DNA of 64,000 nucleotides from a virus (Duplodnaviria; Caudoviricetes): IMG/VR virus record IMGVR_UViG_3300042196_000418; one strand, 5' to 3'. Shown piece by piece: positions 58,616 to 64,000 of this stretch (position 1 is its first letter; each line of letters starts with the position of its first letter). The notes under the pieces were generated by a model. It saw only the letters and a program-made list of their open reading frames with translations, ran no database searches and was not told where the DNA came from. The position numbers and the translations under genes were made by a program.

Positions 58616-59248
58616 GTGAGCCAGGACGAGCGCCGCGCCAAGCGCGCGGGCAAGGTCGTGCTCCAGCTCTACCGGGACAACGCTTCGTACGTCGCCGAGT
58701 CCGCCGAGAGCTTGGGAGTGACCTGCAAGGAGGGCTGTGCGCACTGCTGCATGCTGCCCGCGACCGCCACGGTCCCCGAGATGGTTCCCATCGTCGAGTA
58801 CCTCGCGAGCCGTTGCGACTGGGATCGTCGCCGCCCTGCGCTCGAGCGCGAGCTGGCGCATCAGCTCTCCGAGTACGCGGGAGTCAACGTCCTCGACGAG
58901 CGCGAGCGTGACGCCTTCTTCAAGCGCCAGCTCCCCTGCGCGTTCCTGAAAGACAAGCGCTGCGAGATCTACGCGGTGAGGCCCGCCGTGTGCCGCTATC
59001 ACATGGTGGTATCACCGCCTGAGAACTGCGCACTCGGCGCAGGAGATCCCATCGTCGCCCGCGTTGACTTTCGCAAGATCGAAGCCACGGTCGCGGTCCA
59101 CGCAGCACAGGCGTTCGGCGAGCTCACGGGAGGCCCGATCGCCCTCGCGTTCGTGCTCGCGGCCCAGGTCCTCGGCGTCAAGCTCAACGTCGATCGCGAG
59201 CTGGTACGTCGCGTGACGAAGGTCAACATCGAGGTGAAACCGTCGTGA
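58616..59248 (+). CDS. YkgJ-family (CxxCxxCC) Fe-S/Zn cluster protein
   Basis: CKEGCAHCC...CAFL..RCEIYAVRPAVCRY. Confidence 0.85.
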   Translation: MSQDERRAKRAGKVVLQLYRDNASYVAESAESLGVTCKEGCAHCCMLPATATVPEMVPIVEYLASRCDWDRRRPALERELAHQLSEYAGVNVLDERERDAFFKRQLPCAFLKDKRCEIYAVRPAVCRYHMVVSPPENCALGAGDPIVARVDFRKIEATVAVHAAQAFGELTGGPIALAFVLAAQVLGVKLNVDRELVRRVTKVNIEVKPS

Positions 59249-59388
59249 AACTACTGCGGCGACTGCTCTGCGCGTTCACGTGGCACTCGTGGGTACCCCT
59301 GGTGGTCGAGGCGCGCTTGCTCTGCCAGTGCTCATTCTGCGGGACCCGGCGCTGGATCACGCTCTCGTGTTTCGACAAACGATCGTAA
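59245..59388 (+). CDS. DUF1660-like small protein (47 aa, not in ORF track)
   Basis: LLCAFTWHSW...CSFCG. Confidence 0.5.
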   Translation: MKLLRRLLCAFTWHSWVPLVVEARLLCQCSFCGTRRWITLSCFDKRS

Positions 59389-59396
59389 GATCTGCC

Positions 59397-59633
59397 ATGA
59401 CCCTGGAACAAAAAACCCTCGTGGACGCGGCCCTACATCGTTACGGCGCGCATCTCACCGAAGACAACTTCATTGCGAAAGGTCCCAAAGTGATGAGCGT
59501 GCACGTCGATGTACAGAAGGGTCGACTGCGCATGCTCGGAGGAACCTCGGTGCTGGCCAGCTATCCTGCCGCCCGCATCGAGAAGGGTGTCGGTGACTTC
59601 GTCCAGAAGTTCTGGTTTTGGAAACCTGCATGA
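59397..59633 (+). CDS. hypothetical protein
   Basis: ORF MTLEQK...FWFWKPA. Confidence 0.55.
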   Translation: MTLEQKTLVDAALHRYGAHLTEDNFIAKGPKVMSVHVDVQKGRLRMLGGTSVLASYPAARIEKGVGDFVQKFWFWKPA

Positions 59634-59782
59634 CACGACCGAAGATGCGCGAACGCGCGCTTGCCGTGACATGTCCGACGTGCGAAGCACCGCCTGGCCA
59701 GAGCTGCGGCGGAAACTTCATGGGTCGACCCGACGTTCACCCAAAGCGCATCGTGCTGGCCGATCGGACGTATCCGCGATGA
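59630..59782 (+). CDS. phage-type zinc finger (50 aa, not in ORF track)
   Basis: CPTCEAPPGQSC...HPKR; related to 1036..1497. Confidence 0.55.
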   Translation: MTRPKMRERALAVTCPTCEAPPGQSCGGNFMGRPDVHPKRIVLADRTYPR

Positions 59783-59815
59783 GAACACTTGCAGTCAAGA
59801 TCGGAGATCCGTAGG

Positions 59816-60420
59816 GTGAGCGTCGTGGTCGTGACGACAATCTCCTGCGACGCGGCGATCTTGCGCTGCTCGAGCTGCCAGGCAGAAGTCGCCACCGCGT
59901 CAGCTGTGTCCGATGTCGACTGCCGGCTGTGCAACGGCACCATGCAGTTCGCTCATCGCTGCGAGACCGGCTTCTCGCTGCACAAGGACAGCATCTTGAT
60001 CCGCTGCATCGCCGAGAACAAAGACGGCTGGTGTTGCGAGGCTCGCGGAGGTCGCGACTTCTGCCCCGCGCATATCCACCTCGCGAATCCAGCCCGCGTC
60101 TCGCAGCCGACGCCACGTGCGATCGGCGACCGATGAAACTCCGCGCACGCTGGCACGGTTCGCCGCCGCGCGTCGGCGACTACCTGGCAAGTCCCACGAG
60201 GCCACGCTTCGCGTACCACGTTCGCGGCGTTGCTTGCGTCGACTCGCTCGTGCGCTGGGATCCTGTGCAAAAGGCAGAGCTGCGCCGTCTCGCCATCGAA
60301 GTCGATCGCGTACCTATCGCTGAGCTGCCAGCTGCGGCACGCGTTCACGCTTGGCGCTGGGACGCGCGCACGTCGAAAAGAGATCTCACGCACTTACGAG
60401 CTGACGCGTTGCCACGCTGA
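59816..60420 (+). CDS. two coupled hypothetical genes (59816-60136 Cys-rich, 60133-60420)
   Basis: ATGA overlap. Confidence 0.5.
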
Positions 60421-60461
60421 CCTCGGTCAGTTTCTGGCGGAAGATCGCCCACCAGGGCTAG

Positions 60462-62163
<1,702 letters not shown>

Positions 62164-62167
<4 letters not shown>

Positions 62168-63693
62168 GCTTCTTCCGCCGCGCTGGCGCGCTCATCGCGC
62201 GCTTCTTCACCTCCACTGCTGATCCAGGGGCAGCCGCTGGAGAGTTTCAGCTCTACAGCAAGGGCGACGGGGGCGGCGTCACGCAGTTGTTCGGGCAGTC
62301 TGATGACGGCACGGTGCATCAGATCACGCCATCGGCTGCCGGCGATAGCACCTGCTTGGTCTTCAAGCCCGGCAGTGGTGAGACCGGCCCGGTCATCTTC
62401 GATACGTGGGCTGGGTTGTACGCGCAGCTCACGACATTGCGTGCCACTGCGAACGGCGGTGGCTGCTACACGATCCAGTTCGACAGCTCGACGGCTGCCG
62501 ACTTCTTCGGGACAACGATCCCGGCTGGCGCGTACGACATGACGGGCGTCTCCTGGGAGGGCACGAATGTCGGGAACGCGATCGGCGGTACGCCACCCAC
62601 GGCGGCCGTGATCGCGGAAGGCGCGACGTTCACGGGCGGTCCGCTTCGTTTCGAAGCATTGCTCTTGTTCTCTCGCGCCACGGCCACGCCGCCCTTCACG
62701 ATCACGAACACGGCGACGGATACAGTCGAGCTGATCAACGTGATCATTCAAACCGAGACGTCACCAATTCCGGTGTTCAATGTATCAGGTGGTGGGTTTC
62801 TACAGCTCCATCTCACGTTCACCGACTTTGCCGGCGGTACCGGGAAACCTACGCTTGAAGTGGGAGCGTCCAGCGCTGCAAATCTTCGACTGGGACCTGG
62901 AGCAGTCGTCGAAGCAAATGCCTTCATCACGACGGGCGACGGCGGAATCGGTATCACGCTCGACGCCTCGACAGCGAACTACAGTGAGGATCAACCGTTA
63001 GCGACCGGCGCAGCAATCGCACCCGACGGCGACGTGAATGACACGATCACTCGTCACTTCACGACGGACGTCCAGGTCGCCAACGCTGACGTCTTCCCGC
63101 AGCAGCTCGCCCTGTTCAATGCTTCAGGGGGTTCACTGCCCGTTGCCCAGCTTCCGCAAGCGCTGCTCAGCGACAACCGTTACAAATGGGTACTGATCAA
63201 GGAGACGTCTGGTCAGCCGTCTTCGAGCGCTGACGGCAGCATGGGTGTCGTGATCCAGCCGTTCGCGGGGGATTCGATCGACGGCGTTCCAGGTGCTGCG
63301 TTGCTTCTGCCCGGAGCGCAGGTCGCATATCTCTCGCGCGGTAACGGCAACTGGAACTCAGCCTGGAAGACTGCGGGCGTTCCCGAGAAGGTCTTCGCGA
63401 GCGTCGTAATCAATCCGAACGGCGGTGTCGAGCAGCGCGTCGCCTTCTTCAACGTCGGTGCCGTGACCAAGAACGGCAACGGCGACTGGACGCTCACGTT
63501 CAGCAATCCGTTCCCGACCGGCTACTTTCCGATCGTCACGTTTGGATTCCGTGATCAGGGGTTGGTCTTCGGCAACTACGTCTTGATCGATAACTCCAGC
63601 ATCGAAATCCTCACGTACAACGCTGCCGGCGTGCTCACGGATCCCAATTACGTCAATGTCGTGGTGCATCTCGCACCGGAGCTCGTTGATTGA
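62164..63693 (+). CDS. fibre/adhesin-like protein 2 (shared N-terminal module)
   Basis: same N-terminal module; G/T/A-rich beta body; FNVGAVTKNGNGDWTLTF tail-fibre-like end. Confidence 0.75.
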
Positions 63694-64000
63694 TGAGCTT
63701 CTTCCGTCGAGCCGGCGCACTCATTGCGCGTTTCTTCACATCAGCTGCTGATCCGGGTGCTGCCGTTGGAGAGTTCCAGCTCTACAGCAAGGGCGACGGG
63801 GGCGGCGTCACGCAGTTGTTCGGGCAGTCTGATGACGGAACGGTGCATCAGATCACGCCGGCCGCGGGCGGCGGCGGTTTGCAGTACGCCTTCGTGTACC
63901 AACCGGGCGGCGTTCCGCACGACAACGTCTATGACGACTGGACAGTGCTGGTCTCCGCAATGAGCGCAATCAGTGGCCCGAAGTTGCTCCAGTTCGACGA
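63693..64000 (+). CDS. fibre/adhesin-like protein 3 (partial, runs off the window)
   Basis: TGATG overlap; near-identical N-terminal module. Confidence 0.75.
   Translation, partial: MSFFRRAGALIARFFTSAADPGAAVGEFQLYSKGDGGGVTQLFGQSDDGTVHQITPAAGGGGLQYAFVYQPGGVPHDNVYDDWTVLVSAMSAISGPKLLQFD

Overview
This high-GC window (roughly two-thirds G+C by eye) looks like part of a very large phage or prophage-like element. A myxobacterial/deltaproteobacterial host is inferred from the DnaJ style, a Fis-type HTH and sigma54-type promoters. Most of it is long + strand trains of short, translationally coupled ORFs (ATGA/GTGA overlaps), mostly hypothetical. Recognisable products: three ParB-fold proteins, an FkbM methyltransferase, an ABC-type ATPase, a metallophosphoesterase, a Thg1-like 3'-5' polymerase, an aldo/keto reductase, a cytochrome-c lipoprotein, a serpin-like protein, SLOG, DUF192, DnaJ, a YkgJ Fe-S protein, a collagen-like protein and three fibre-like paralogues. 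The main hidden structures are: (1) six copies of a conserved promoter, GGCACG-N4-TGC (sigma54-type), behind phased GGGT-N8-ACCC boxes; (2) a 5.8-kb transposon (42609-48404) with terminal inverted repeats, an 8-bp target duplication and a SWIM-DDE transposase, inserted between the two boxes of one such promoter; (3) about 12 small modules with fixed ends (TITDEQIR...ARARCAEILNAR) and hypervariable middles; (4) a portable KTxAQLDxEIAEAL peptide on six unrelated proteins; (5) a solitary CRISPR-repeat-like unit; (6) duplicated gene-junction sequences. All calls come from reading the sequence; no searches were run.
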